Assembly: GCA_964398485.1 (NCBI GenBank)
Contig: CAYNMD010000003.1
Coordinates: 1,334-65,333 of the forward strand
Direction: 5' to 3'
DNA: 64,000 bases
Source of the DNA: an uncultured Bdellovibrionales bacterium
GTDB taxonomy: Bacteria > Patescibacteriota > Minisyncoccia > Moranbacterales > UBA1568
Of this stretch, positions 19,716-29,339 are shown piece by piece. The position numbers and the translations under genes were made by a program. How positions within the stretch are numbered: position 1 is the first letter of the stretch; each line of letters begins with the position of its first letter. Below the pieces are notes generated by a model, which saw nothing but the letters and a program-made list of their open reading frames with translations, was not told the DNA's origin and ran no database searches.

Positions 19716-20200
19716 TTCTTATACTCGACAATATTCGGAGTGCTCACAATGTGGGAGCAATATTTCGGACGGCGGATGGAGCTGGTATTGAGAAGCTGTA
19801 TTTGGTTGGGATTACTCCTCAGCCAACCGCAAAAAAGCTGTATCTAACCGATGCCGAAAAAACACTTCGAAAAACAGCGTTGGGAGCAGAGGAGAACGTT
19901 TCCTGGCAATCAGTGAAGACGATTGGGCCGCTCCTGAAAAAACTCAAGGAGGAAGGGTATATTTTGGTAGCTCTCGAGCAATCAGAACAGAGTGTCGACT
20001 ACCGATCATGGCAACCTCCTCGGGGTGGTTTGGTGGCGCTCATTGTGGGCAATGAAATAGAGGGGGTATCGACCAATGCTCTCAAACAATGCGATGTGAT
20101 TATTGAACTTCCGATGCGAGGAAAGAAGAATTCCCTTAATGTATCGGTAGCAGCTGGTATTGCCATGTATCACCTGTCAGCTACAATGGAGAAGCAGTGA
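19712..20200 (+). CDS. SpoU/TrmH-family RNA 2'-O-methyltransferase
   Basis: MILILDNIRSAHNVGAIFRTADGAG and IVGNEIEGV motifs of SPOUT class. Confidence 0.7.
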   Translation: MILILDNIRSAHNVGAIFRTADGAGIEKLYLVGITPQPTAKKLYLTDAEKTLRKTALGAEENVSWQSVKTIGPLLKKLKEEGYILVALEQSEQSVDYRSWQPPRGGLVALIVGNEIEGVSTNALKQCDVIIELPMRGKKNSLNVSVAAGIAMYHLSATMEKQ

Positions 20201-20222
20201 CCTGATCTAAGTAACAGTATGA

Positions 20223-20945
20223 ATGTCTATGAAAGAAAAGAAGATTGCCGTGTTTGATATTGATGGGACCATTTTTCGAAAAAATCTGCATTTTGAACTT
20301 ATTAATGAGTTAGCTTGGATGAACATCTTTCCGCATGAGGTTCGGAGGAAGTTGACTGAGGTATATACGAATTGGCTTGAGCACGAAGGAACATATGAGG
20401 ACTACCGAAAGGCGCTCGTGGAGCTTTATGCAAAACATATCAAAGGGGTCTCCGAAGAACAGGTAAAAGAGGCGGCCAAGATTGTTATCCCATTTCAGGC
20501 CAAGCGTACCTATATTTTTGCTGAAGAACTTATTCAAAAGTTACGCTCGGAAGATTATCATTTCTTGGCTGTTTCTGGATCGCCACAGGAAATTGTAGAG
20601 GAGTACAATCGCCATTACCTTCATTTTGATCATGTTTTTGGAAGCGTCTACGAACGAGATAAGGATGGAATATATACTGGAAGGGCAGAGTTCGAGCCAT
20701 CTCTTAACAAAGGGGAGGTAGTGAAACAGTATGTGTATGAACATGGGCTTACCCTCGAAAATTCTTATGGTGTCGGTGATACTGAATCAGATGGGGGATT
20801 CCTTAGGTTAGTGACCTATCCGATTGCGTTTAACCCAAATCAAAATCTCAAAGGGCTTGCAGAGAGAGAGGGTTGGCGTATGGTAGTAGAGAAAAAAGAT
20901 GTTGTCTATGAGTTCGGCAGTACCACTCAGGCAGTAGTTTCGTAG
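20223..20945 (+). CDS. HAD-superfamily hydrolase (HAD-IB, phosphoserine-phosphatase-like)
   Basis: Motif I FDIDGTI, motif III K...GVGDTESDGGF. Confidence 0.65.
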   Translation: MSMKEKKIAVFDIDGTIFRKNLHFELINELAWMNIFPHEVRRKLTEVYTNWLEHEGTYEDYRKALVELYAKHIKGVSEEQVKEAAKIVIPFQAKRTYIFAEELIQKLRSEDYHFLAVSGSPQEIVEEYNRHYLHFDHVFGSVYERDKDGIYTGRAEFEPSLNKGEVVKQYVYEHGLTLENSYGVGDTESDGGFLRLVTYPIAFNPNQNLKGLAEREGWRMVVEKKDVVYEFGSTTQAVVS

Positions 20946-21094
20946 GTTATTTAAACAAGATCAATATTATTTATGAATCTTAACTCAAAGTTGGATGATT
21001 TTCTCAAGTCAACCGTCTGGCTCTGGCTCCCGTTCTATGCTTTTTTTGCCCTCTTGAAGGAGTGGCGGGAGCATGTCAATAAAGAGTAAGGGGT

Positions 21095-21478
21095 GTGCAC
21101 CGGTTGTCTGTAGCGTGGCGTTGGGGTTTTATGCTGTTCTTGTGGATGGGCGTTATTTTTCTTTTCTCCCATCAGCCAGGGAGTGGTAAAGACTGGGAGC
21201 CACCGCTATGGTATGTACTCGAGAGGAAATCAGCCCACGTGGTTGAATACGCTATTTTGATGGCTCTAGCTCTTCGGTGGTTTTCCTTCTTGTATCCGCA
21301 GGAGTCTTGGAAAAAAGTGAGCTTGGTAAGTTTTCTTTTTGCAGTTACCTATGGATTTTTTGATGAGATACACCAGTCGTTTATTTTTGGTCGTGGAGCA
21401 AGATTATCTGATGTTCTGATTGATGCTGGAGGAGCATTTTTGATTGGCCTTTTATATACTGCCTGGAAGAGGAGGTAA
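21095..21478 (+). CDS. VanZ-family membrane protein
   Basis: GFFDEIHQSFIFGRGARLSDVLIDAGGAFLIGL VanZ signature. Confidence 0.6.
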   Translation: MHRLSVAWRWGFMLFLWMGVIFLFSHQPGSGKDWEPPLWYVLERKSAHVVEYAILMALALRWFSFLYPQESWKKVSLVSFLFAVTYGFFDEIHQSFIFGRGARLSDVLIDAGGAFLIGLLYTAWKRR

Positions 21479-21486
21479 AAAGCGAT

Positions 21487-23037
21487 ATGAGTCTTTCCAA
21501 TAATCTTTTGCAAAAGCTGAGAGAGTGGCGTGATCGTCAGGCTCGGATTGAAGGGGTCGAGGGGTACCGCGTTCTTCCCAATCAGACACTGGAGTTTATT
21601 GCTACAACACTGCCTCATTCCAAAGAGGAACTTTGCGATATCAAGGGGATTAAGGATGCAAAATTTCGTAAATACGGGAAGGAGATTCTCAAAATTGTAA
21701 GTGAAGAAGATAGAGAAATTCACACAGAAACAGGCCTCACTCATATCAATGAACCATCTTCTGAACAGAATACTCCCGGGTCTAGAGCATTAACGGTATC
21801 TCAGTTTTTGGATGGTCTCAATCTGGAACTCTCAGGGATGGCGGCCCGCATTCGGGGTGAAGTGACAAGTGTCGATGTCCGTGAGCGAGTAGTATACTTT
21901 AGTCTTAAGGATAAACAGGATGAGAGCGTTCTGAGCTGTCTTATATTTCGGTACCAGTATGATTTGAGTGGAGTATCAATTGAAGTGGGGATGGAAATTA
22001 TCGTGGAAGGGGCACCTGATATCTATAAGCCATCAGGTCGTCTGAGTGTTCGAGCTGGTTCTATCGAGTATGCCGGTGAGGGAGCGCTGAAGCAGGCATA
22101 TCTTAAACTCTACCAATTACTCACGGATGAAGGAGTATTTTCTCCAGAAAATAAGGAACCAATACCTACTTTTCCTCGGAGGATAGCCTTGATCACTTCG
22201 CAGGATGGCGCTGCTATTGGTGACTTCACTTCCAATCTTGTTCGAGCTGGCATAAAGGTAGATTTTTACCCAACTTTAGTTGAGGGAAAGAAAGCAGTTT
22301 TTGATATCATTCGCGCTTTAGAATATTTTAATCAAAAGCCGGATCAGTATGATGTGCTGGTACTCATCCGTGGTGGTGGCAGCTTGGAGAGTTTACAGGC
22401 ATTCAATACAGAGTCACTGGTAAGAGCCGTTTATCATTCCAAGATACCTGTACTAGCTGGCATTGGCCATGAGCGAGACATTTCTTTGGCTGCTTTGGCA
22501 GCAGATAAGATGGTGTCAACTCCTACAGCAACAGCCAAAGAGTTATCGCGAGGTTATGATATGGCAAGAGAGAATCTGGAAAAGATCCAGGCTTGGCTAC
22601 TGATGGTCTCGGGAAGAGTCATGCTTCAAGGGAGTGCACTTCTTGACGAACAAGAAAGACTGCTTCGAGGTAGTTTTGATGAAGTGTTTGAGCATTTTAT
22701 GGATGCCAAGCAATCTTTTGAGCAGAAAGCATTATTTTTGCCAGAGTATATAAGGATGACTCGTACTTTACTGGCTCAACGGTCAGCTGCTCTCATAATG
22801 AAGCTGCAGGATGCCCTGAGTCATACCAATCTGTGGATAGAACATCAGACAAGACAATTAACTCAGTATGATCCCGTTCGGGTTTTACAACTTGGATACA
22901 GTCTTGTACGGAAGAATGGTCAGATAATCCGCCAATCTAGTGATCTTAGTGTGGGGGACAGAGTCCGTATACAACTTGGGAGAGGTGCGCTAGAATCAGA
23001 AGTAAAGCAAATTTATCCCGAGGGGGAACTATTATAG
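21487..23037 (+). CDS. xseA: exodeoxyribonuclease VII large subunit with N-terminal HRDC domain
   Basis: N-terminal 70 aa LLQKLREWRDRQARIEGVEGYRVLPNQTLEFIATTLP...KFRKYGKEILKIV is HRDC-like; followed by OB-fold RIRGEVTSV and ExoVII catalytic region. Confidence 0.8.
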   Translation: MSLSNNLLQKLREWRDRQARIEGVEGYRVLPNQTLEFIATTLPHSKEELCDIKGIKDAKFRKYGKEILKIVSEEDREIHTETGLTHINEPSSEQNTPGSRALTVSQFLDGLNLELSGMAARIRGEVTSVDVRERVVYFSLKDKQDESVLSCLIFRYQYDLSGVSIEVGMEIIVEGAPDIYKPSGRLSVRAGSIEYAGEGALKQAYLKLYQLLTDEGVFSPENKEPIPTFPRRIALITSQDGAAIGDFTSNLVRAGIKVDFYPTLVEGKKAVFDIIRALEYFNQKPDQYDVLVLIRGGGSLESLQAFNTESLVRAVYHSKIPVLAGIGHERDISLAALAADKMVSTPTATAKELSRGYDMARENLEKIQAWLLMVSGRVMLQGSALLDEQERLLRGSFDEVFEHFMDAKQSFEQKALFLPEYIRMTRTLLAQRSAALIMKLQDALSHTNLWIEHQTRQLTQYDPVRVLQLGYSLVRKNGQIIRQSSDLSVGDRVRIQLGRGALESEVKQIYPEGELL

Positions 23038-23046
23038 TTTTGTACT

Positions 23047-23256
23047 ATGACAAAGGAAAAGGAAATGTCGCTTGGTGAATCCTTGAAGCAACTTGAGGCT
23101 ATTACTGAATGGTTTGATCAGCAGGAGGCGATCGATGTCGAACGTGCCTTGGAAAAAGTGAAGGAGGGTGCAAAGCTTCTTCGCTCGAGTCGAGAGAAGT
23201 TAAAACAGGTAGAAAATGAATTTCAGGTTATTCGCCAGGAACTTGAACAGGAGTAG
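23047..23256 (+). CDS. xseB: exodeoxyribonuclease VII small subunit
   Basis: 69 aa coiled-coil, LEAITEWFDQQEAIDVERALEKVKEGAKLL typical XseB. Confidence 0.75.
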   Translation: MTKEKEMSLGESLKQLEAITEWFDQQEAIDVERALEKVKEGAKLLRSSREKLKQVENEFQVIRQELEQE

Positions 23257-23307
23257 TTTTTTGCCTCTCTTGATCCAGTGGTATACTAAAAGAAACACAA
23301 ATACTCA

Positions 23308-25008
23308 ATGCATCGGTTTGTCGGAGATATTTCTATTGTTTTAGGTGGAGCAGCTGGCCAAGGGGTCCAGACTGTTGAGTCTTTGCTTGTACAAATTCTC
23401 AAGCGAGAGGGATATTTTGTTTTTGCTTGTAAAGAATACATGTCGCGTATACGTGGCGGCTCTAACTCCACTGAGATCAGAATTACCAATAAAAAACGAA
23501 GGGCGTTTGTAAAGAAGATTGATCTTCTCTTTGCTCTTGATAAAGAAGTGGTTCCTCATCTCAAGCATCGGATTACGAGTAAAACAGTGATTGTTGGAGA
23601 GAAATCAAAAGTGTGTGAAACGAATTGTAGTGTAGTGGATATTCCCTTTAGCCGCTTTGCCTCCGAACTTGGACATCCGATATATACCAGTACAGTTGCC
23701 GTTGGGGTGGTGCTCGGTCTGCTCCAGGCAGATGAGGAGACGTTCCACGCTTATTTGCGGACGCATTTCTCTCGCAAGGGCGATGAAGTAGTTGCAAAAA
23801 ATATAGAAGCAGCCAAGAAGGGTTTTGCTCACGGGAGACACATCGCTTTTGTAGAGGGCATAGAGATTGCTTTACCTCGAAATAATCAGGGAAGTGACAA
23901 GGAGCTTCTGTTGGAGGGGATAGATGCAGTAGGGATGGGAACTTTGGCTGCTGGCTGCAATTACATCTCTTCATATCCTATGTCTCCAGGGACAGGACTC
24001 TTGACCTATCTCGCGCAGCATAGTAAGGAATTTGGTGTAGTTGTTGATCAGGCCGAAGATGAAATTGCTGCCGTAAATCAGGGAATTGGAGCCTGGTATG
24101 CGGGGGCACGAGCGATCGTTACTACTTCAGGAGGTGGTTTTTCGCTTATGACCGAAGGAGTGAGTCTCTCCGGTATGATCGAGACGCCAGTTGTTATCCA
24201 TATTGGACAGCGACCAGGGCCAGCGACGGGACTTCCGACGAGGACCGAGCAAGCTGATCTGAATCTGGCTCTGTATGCGGGACATGGTGAATTTCCACGA
24301 GCTATTTTCGCACCCGGGTCTCCGGAGGAGGCATATTTGTGTATGCAGCAAGCTTTTGAGATGACTGATCGGTTTCAGGTGCCAGTGATGGTGCTTACGG
24401 ACCAATATTTATTGGACAGTATCACTACTGTTGCATTACAAGAACTCGTGAGTGTACGTTGGAAAAATCATGTTGTCAAAACAACTCGTGATTATCAACG
24501 CTATGCCATGACCAAAGATGGAGTGTCTCCAAGAGGTATTCCGGGGTATGGTACTGGTTTAGTGGGAGTGGACAGTGATGAACACGATGCTGACGGCCAC
24601 ATTACCGAGAGTCATGTTGTTCGCCTAGAGCAGCATGAAAAACGCTTGAGAAAATTGGATGGTCTTCTTGAGGAAACACTTCCGCCAGTAGTAAGAGGTA
24701 ATATTAAAAAAGCTAAGACCGTAGTAGTTACTTGGGGATCAAATCTTGGGCCAGCAGAAGAAGCTCTTGAGATTTTTGGTAATCCGGAGTTTGCCCAAGT
24801 GCATTTTTCCCAGGTCTATCCTTTGTCACCAGTTGGGAAAAAATTACTCGAAAAGAAGCAGATAGTAGTTGTTGAAAATAATGCCACTGGCCAATTTGCT
24901 CATCTCCTGGAGCGTGAGTATGGGGTAGAGGTTGGTAAAAGGATACTTCAGTACGATGGCAATCCCTTTGCTGTGGAGGATTTGGTGAATAGATTGAGAA
25001 AAATATAG
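23308..25008 (+). CDS. 2-oxoacid:ferredoxin oxidoreductase alpha subunit (fused gamma-alpha)
   Basis: Gamma-domain LGGAAGQGVQT at N-terminus, then alpha-domain with GHGEFPRAIFAPGSPEEA. Confidence 0.8.
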   Translation: MHRFVGDISIVLGGAAGQGVQTVESLLVQILKREGYFVFACKEYMSRIRGGSNSTEIRITNKKRRAFVKKIDLLFALDKEVVPHLKHRITSKTVIVGEKSKVCETNCSVVDIPFSRFASELGHPIYTSTVAVGVVLGLLQADEETFHAYLRTHFSRKGDEVVAKNIEAAKKGFAHGRHIAFVEGIEIALPRNNQGSDKELLLEGIDAVGMGTLAAGCNYISSYPMSPGTGLLTYLAQHSKEFGVVVDQAEDEIAAVNQGIGAWYAGARAIVTTSGGGFSLMTEGVSLSGMIETPVVIHIGQRPGPATGLPTRTEQADLNLALYAGHGEFPRAIFAPGSPEEAYLCMQQAFEMTDRFQVPVMVLTDQYLLDSITTVALQELVSVRWKNHVVKTTRDYQRYAMTKDGVSPRGIPGYGTGLVGVDSDEHDADGHITESHVVRLEQHEKRLRKLDGLLEETLPPVVRGNIKKAKTVVVTWGSNLGPAEEALEIFGNPEFAQVHFSQVYPLSPVGKKLLEKKQIVVVENNATGQFAHLLEREYGVEVGKRILQYDGNPFAVEDLVNRLRKI

Positions 25009-25011
25009 CGT

Positions 25012-25869
25012 ATGATCGACAAGAAATTGTATGATATGCCCCATAAGACGGATATAGCCTGGTGTCCAAGCTGTGGCAATTTTCCTATCCTCAATATTGT
25101 AAAAACCGCTCTTGCAGAACTCGATATTCCACCAACAGAAGCTGTTATTTGTTCGGGTATCGGTCAGGCTGCCAAGGCCCCTCACTATCTGCGAGTAAAT
25201 TACTTTAATGGTCTTCATGGGAGGGCCTTACCTCCAGCAACGGCTATCAAAATCGCTAATCCAAAACTCACGGTTATTGCTGAGTCAGGTGATGGTGACA
25301 CCTATGGGGAAGGAGGTAATCATTTTCTGCACACCATACGGAGAAACCCTGATATCACCAATATTGTTCATAACAACATGATTTACGGCCTCACTAAGGG
25401 ACAGGCTTCACCAACGAGTGAAAGAGGTATGGTGACGCCAGTTCAGACAACTGGAGTAATTATAGAGCCCTTTAATCCAATAGCTGTTGCCCTTTCTTGT
25501 GGAGCCACTTTTGTGGCGAGAGCTTTTTCTGGTGACGTTGTCCAGGCAGTCAAAATTGTAAAAGAGGCTATACAGCATAAAGGATATGCTTTGGTAGATA
25601 TTTTCCAGCCGTGTGTAGTATTTAATAAACAGAATACCTACCAGTGGTTTAAGCAGAATACCTACTACCTCAATGAAGAGCATGATCAATCTAATCGCTC
25701 GAAAGCTTTTGAAATTGCGTTTGACATGTCTAAATTGGCTCTAGGAGTTATTTATCAAGAAACTGGCCGAAAAACATATGAGCAATTGATTCGTGACACA
25801 GATGAGTCTCTTCATCAAATCCGTTCAGGAGTTTCCTTGAAGGACTTTTTTATGAGAAACTATAAATGA
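25012..25869 (+). CDS. 2-oxoacid:ferredoxin oxidoreductase beta subunit (TPP-binding)
   Basis: AWCPSCGNF and TPP-binding [15 protein letters not shown]; 4 nt after alpha subunit. Confidence 0.8.
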   Translation: MIDKKLYDMPHKTDIAWCPSCGNFPILNIVKTALAELDIPPTEAVICSGIGQAAKAPHYLRVNYFNGLHGRALPPATAIKIANPKLTVIAESGDGDTYGEGGNHFLHTIRRNPDITNIVHNNMIYGLTKGQASPTSERGMVTPVQTTGVIIEPFNPIAVALSCGATFVARAFSGDVVQAVKIVKEAIQHKGYALVDIFQPCVVFNKQNTYQWFKQNTYYLNEEHDQSNRSKAFEIAFDMSKLALGVIYQETGRKTYEQLIRDTDESLHQIRSGVSLKDFFMRNYK

Positions 25870-25984
25870 TCAGGAGTTGGCGGCGGGGTGATGTTCTTGT
25901 GCTCTTCTATTTTAAATGGGTAGTTTTTATAAAAATAAAATGCATTTTTATGTGGCAGAAGTGGCGTGAGTATTCCTTATTTTT

Positions 25985-28501
25985 TTGCTTGACCTTTTTT
26001 GTTCCTTGTTTTTCTTTCCTGCACAAGTTGATGCCGCATGTAGCTTTGACGGAAATTTAACTTGGGGGGGAGGGAATTGCAGTGCCAATATGAGCGTAAC
26101 TGCTGAAGACGGTCAATCCAGGTCAGCTAATAACACTAATCAGGGTTATACTGGCCGAATAACGTATGTTTGTAACGGAAGTGATTGGGCAAAAGTAAGT
26201 GAAACATGTACTCAGTCAAGCGGTCTTTCGGTTGCAGCTAACCTTAGTCCAAGTACGGTTTCTCCAGGAGGGACTTTTAGTGCGGAGTGGTCTATTAGTG
26301 GAGCTACGTCGTGTAGTCTTCATACTCAGATTTCTAAGAGCGGTGGTGAAGTTACTGATGACACTGTAAATTTTCCAACAACAAGTGGGAGAAGTAGTTA
26401 TACTTTCAAGGCTGGTGAGGTAGCCGCTTTTTACACCCTTACCTGTTCTGGTGGGGGAGAAACAAAATCTGCTTCTGATTCAGTGCTTGTTACTCCAACG
26501 ATTAATTCAGTTACAGTGAGTCCAACTACAATCTCAGCTGGTTCATCAGCTACAGTTACGGTAGTTTCTACGAATGCAGGTAGTTGCCATATTGCCAATA
26601 CAGCCGTTGTTTTCCCTAGTCCTAATAGTTCGGTAAGCTTTTCTCCTACGCGATCTGGTTCTTATACAGTAATTTGTTCATTGCCTGGGGGTAGAGGAGG
26701 GACGGCTCAAAAAAGTTTTTCTATCACTGTTACTTCTGCTTCTCCTACCGCGCCAACGGCCACTATATCTGCCAACGGTACGGAGGGAAGAAACACGAGT
26801 GCCCCAGGGTCTCTTCCGGCAGCTGTTATCACAAGCAGCGGCAGTGCAACGGTCTCTTGGTCATCAACACAGGCCACAAGTTGTAAGTTGGGTGGAACAA
26901 ACAAAGTAACTGGTTGGAATGCCGGGACAGTGGAGACTTCGGGGAGTAAATCTTTCGCAGCGAGTGATTTTACTACCGGTGCTGGTTACTATACATTTAC
27001 CGTTCAGTGCACCAATGCTGCGGGAGAGTGGTCATCTACCATTGGGGTTGATGTAGTACTACAGGGTGGTACAGGGGGTGGTGATAATCCTCCTCCCGGT
27101 GGTGGGGGCTCGGCTCCGGGGGTGCCAACGGGTTTGGCGGCTACACCTGGGGACTGTAATACCGGGAAGATTGTACTAACCTGGAATGCGGTAACTGGGG
27201 CTACTTCATATCAACTACGTGATGGAACCACTCAGATTTACAATAGTTCAGCACGGACTTTCACACATACCAATCTTGCAGCTGGATCGACTCATAATTA
27301 TACGGTCAGAGCAAGGAATAACAGTGGCGACTCGGCATTTTCTTCACCGGCAGTAGTGGCCACTGCTCCTATGACGGTTTGTTCACCTGTAATTAATGCT
27401 TTTTCTACGGACAAGGCGACGTTAGCTACTCCTGGACCAGTTACTTTGAGTTGGCAAACTACTCGAACAGCGAGTTGTACTGCTTCAGGCGACTGGAGCG
27501 GCTCGGTAACTCCACTGACAGGTTCGCGAGTAGTCACTGTCAATAGTACGAGTACTTACTACCTGGTCTGTATGGATACCAATGGTAATACCACTGAAGA
27601 AAAGTCAGTTACTGTGACCGTGGGTAACTCCTCTTGTACTCCAAATAATTCCTGTGCAGCGAGTCGCTGTACGTTTGAACAGTGCTCTGACGGCTGTGGG
27701 GGATTTATTGGTGGGACACAGGACTGTGATGACTCACTCTGTATCCCAGATAATAGTTGTATCCTCACCACCCCAGTTGGTTCCTACTGTACTAATAATT
27801 GTGGCCAACAGGTTCCCGGAGGAATGAGTACGGGCGGTGGTGATAATCCAAATCAATGTACGCCAACTATTAGCTGTAACCCCGCTGAAACGTGTACGGG
27901 AGCTACCTGCTGGAATGGCTGTGCCAATATTGCTGGTACTAAAGATTGTAGTACTACTCCCATTATTGTTTCCACCTCCCCCGTCCTCTTCCAGAATCCA
28001 CTCAAATTCAATAATCCTCACGATCTCCTTACTACGCTCCTTACCTTCTTCCAGGGGATTATAGTAATACTCTCCCTCATCATGATTATCATCGGAGCCT
28101 TCCTCTACATTACCTCAGCTGGAGATGAAGGAAGAATGACTCAAGGAAAAAAAGCTATCTTAGCCGCCCTCATAGGTCTCGCCTTAGGTATCGCTGCCCC
28201 TGCCTTCCTCAGAGAGATAGCTTCTATCCTCGGTTGGGGTACCCCCAATCTCCCCAGTGGAGTAGGCACTTCCCTCACTCTCATTCAGATAGCGACCAAT
28301 GTCCTCAACTTTCTTCTGACGATCATTGGTATCCTCGCTATCATCATGCTCGTGATTGGAGGCATTATGTACCTTACCGCAGCTGGAAATGAAGATACTC
28401 TTGATAAAGGCAAAAGAATCGTAAAATACTCTCTCATTGGCATTACGATTGCCTTAGCTTCTCTTGTTCTCGTAAAGGCGGTAGCGGGGCTGCTATCGTA
28501 G
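25985..28501 (+). CDS. large Ser/Thr/Cys-rich surface protein with Fn3-like domains and two tandem C-terminal pilin-like TM hairpins
   Basis: Signal-like N-terminus, Ig/Fn3-like repeats (fibronectin-III pattern LTWNAVTGATSYQLRDGT...YTVRARNNSGDS), Cys-rich module, then twice TM-AG(D/N)E-basic loop-TM (…FLYITSAGDEGRMTQGKKAILAALIGLALG… and …IMYLTAAGNEDTLDKGKRIVKYSLIGITIAL…). Confidence 0.6.
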   Translation: MLDLFCSLFFFPAQVDAACSFDGNLTWGGGNCSANMSVTAEDGQSRSANNTNQGYTGRITYVCNGSDWAKVSETCTQSSGLSVAANLSPSTVSPGGTFSAEWSISGATSCSLHTQISKSGGEVTDDTVNFPTTSGRSSYTFKAGEVAAFYTLTCSGGGETKSASDSVLVTPTINSVTVSPTTISAGSSATVTVVSTNAGSCHIANTAVVFPSPNSSVSFSPTRSGSYTVICSLPGGRGGTAQKSFSITVTSASPTAPTATISANGTEGRNTSAPGSLPAAVITSSGSATVSWSSTQATSCKLGGTNKVTGWNAGTVETSGSKSFAASDFTTGAGYYTFTVQCTNAAGEWSSTIGVDVVLQGGTGGGDNPPPGGGGSAPGVPTGLAATPGDCNTGKIVLTWNAVTGATSYQLRDGTTQIYNSSARTFTHTNLAAGSTHNYTVRARNNSGDSAFSSPAVVATAPMTVCSPVINAFSTDKATLATPGPVTLSWQTTRTASCTASGDWSGSVTPLTGSRVVTVNSTSTYYLVCMDTNGNTTEEKSVTVTVGNSSCTPNNSCAASRCTFEQCSDGCGGFIGGTQDCDDSLCIPDNSCILTTPVGSYCTNNCGQQVPGGMSTGGGDNPNQCTPTISCNPAETCTGATCWNGCANIAGTKDCSTTPIIVSTSPVLFQNPLKFNNPHDLLTTLLTFFQGIIVILSLIMIIIGAFLYITSAGDEGRMTQGKKAILAALIGLALGIAAPAFLREIASILGWGTPNLPSGVGTSLTLIQIATNVLNFLLTIIGILAIIMLVIGGIMYLTAAGNEDTLDKGKRIVKYSLIGITIALASLVLVKAVAGLLS

Positions 28502-28509
28502 GAAGGGGA

Positions 28510-28545
28510 ACAACAAAAAACCACCCAAATAGGATGGTTTTTTAA
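28510..28545. terminator. bidirectional terminator-like hairpin between surface-protein gene and rpmA
   Basis: AAAAACCACC-caaata-GGATGGTTTTTT. Confidence 0.35.
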
Positions 28546-28564
28546 TCTAAGTTTGAGGAGAGAT

Positions 28565-28849
28565 CTACTTTGTCTCAGGTAAGACGTGAACAAACATTCT
28601 TTTAGCAAGTTTTCCGGTGAAGGCCTTTACTTTGCGTTCTTCAAACTTCACCACGCCGTCAATGAGTGAAAAGAGAGTATCATCGGCGCCGCGCTCTACG
28701 TTTTTTCCAGCATGAAACTTGGTACCACGCTGTCTGACAATGATGTTGCCTTCGTCGGCTCGCTGTCCACCAAAAATCTTTACTCCAAGACGCTTGGAAA
28801 TTGAATCGCGGCCAAGACTGGTTGATCCACCGGCTTTTCTGGTTGCCAT
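28565..28849 (-). CDS. rpmA: 50S ribosomal protein L27
   Basis: [16 protein letters not shown]...FHAGKNV hallmark L27 sequence. Confidence 0.9.
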   Translation of the reverse strand: MATRKAGGSTSLGRDSISKRLGVKIFGGQRADEGNIIVRQRGTKFHAGKNVERGADDTLFSLIDGVVKFEERKVKAFTGKLAKRMFVHVLPETK

Positions 28850-28911
28850 ACAAGTAGAGTTCTAGTACACTAAGGGGTCAAATAATATGCTTTGAGGAGT
28901 ATAACATATCC

Positions 28912-29325
28912 GTGTTAACTGTCAACAGTCCTATGCAAAGAATGGGGGAATATAGGGATAGTCTAATAAATTGGCTTAAACAAAGCAAAAATAAGCTTCT
29001 TTTGGGATCAAGTTATCTTGTAATTGGAGTTCTTTGTTTTGAGGCGGGATGGCTTCAAAAAAGCCTTGTTGCGAGCGAGTCTTTTGAATTTACTATAGAG
29101 ACAAAAACTCTTCAAATAGCTCCTCAGGTTGAAGAAATTCAATTGGCAGTTCCCCCTAAGACTACTGATCAGGTATGTCGATTTATTGGCAGTAAGAAAT
29201 CAAATAAGTATCATCACCCGCAGTCTCGTTGTGCTAAACAAATTAAGCAGGAGAATCAGATTTGTTTTTCTTCTGTAGAAGCAGCACAAGCTCGGCATTA
29301 TGTGCCCGGATGTTTGGAATTGTAG
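28912..29325 (+). CDS. membrane-anchored protein with Ada-like zinc-binding domain
   Basis: TM helix LLLGSSYLVIGVLCF; C-terminal KYHHPQSRCAKQIKQENQICFSSVEAAQARHYVPGC matches Ada_Zn_binding pattern (Cys...eN..F.s.eeA...Gy.PC). Confidence 0.45.
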   Translation: MLTVNSPMQRMGEYRDSLINWLKQSKNKLLLGSSYLVIGVLCFEAGWLQKSLVASESFEFTIETKTLQIAPQVEEIQLAVPPKTTDQVCRFIGSKKSNKYHHPQSRCAKQIKQENQICFSSVEAAQARHYVPGCLEL

Positions 29326-29339
29326 TGAGAGTAGTATGA

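Noticed and set aside
25866-26060. 64-aa ORF overlapping the start of the surface-protein gene
   Set aside because: Hydrophobic low-complexity translation in an alternative frame of the signal-peptide region; no RBS; superseded by the 838-aa ORF.
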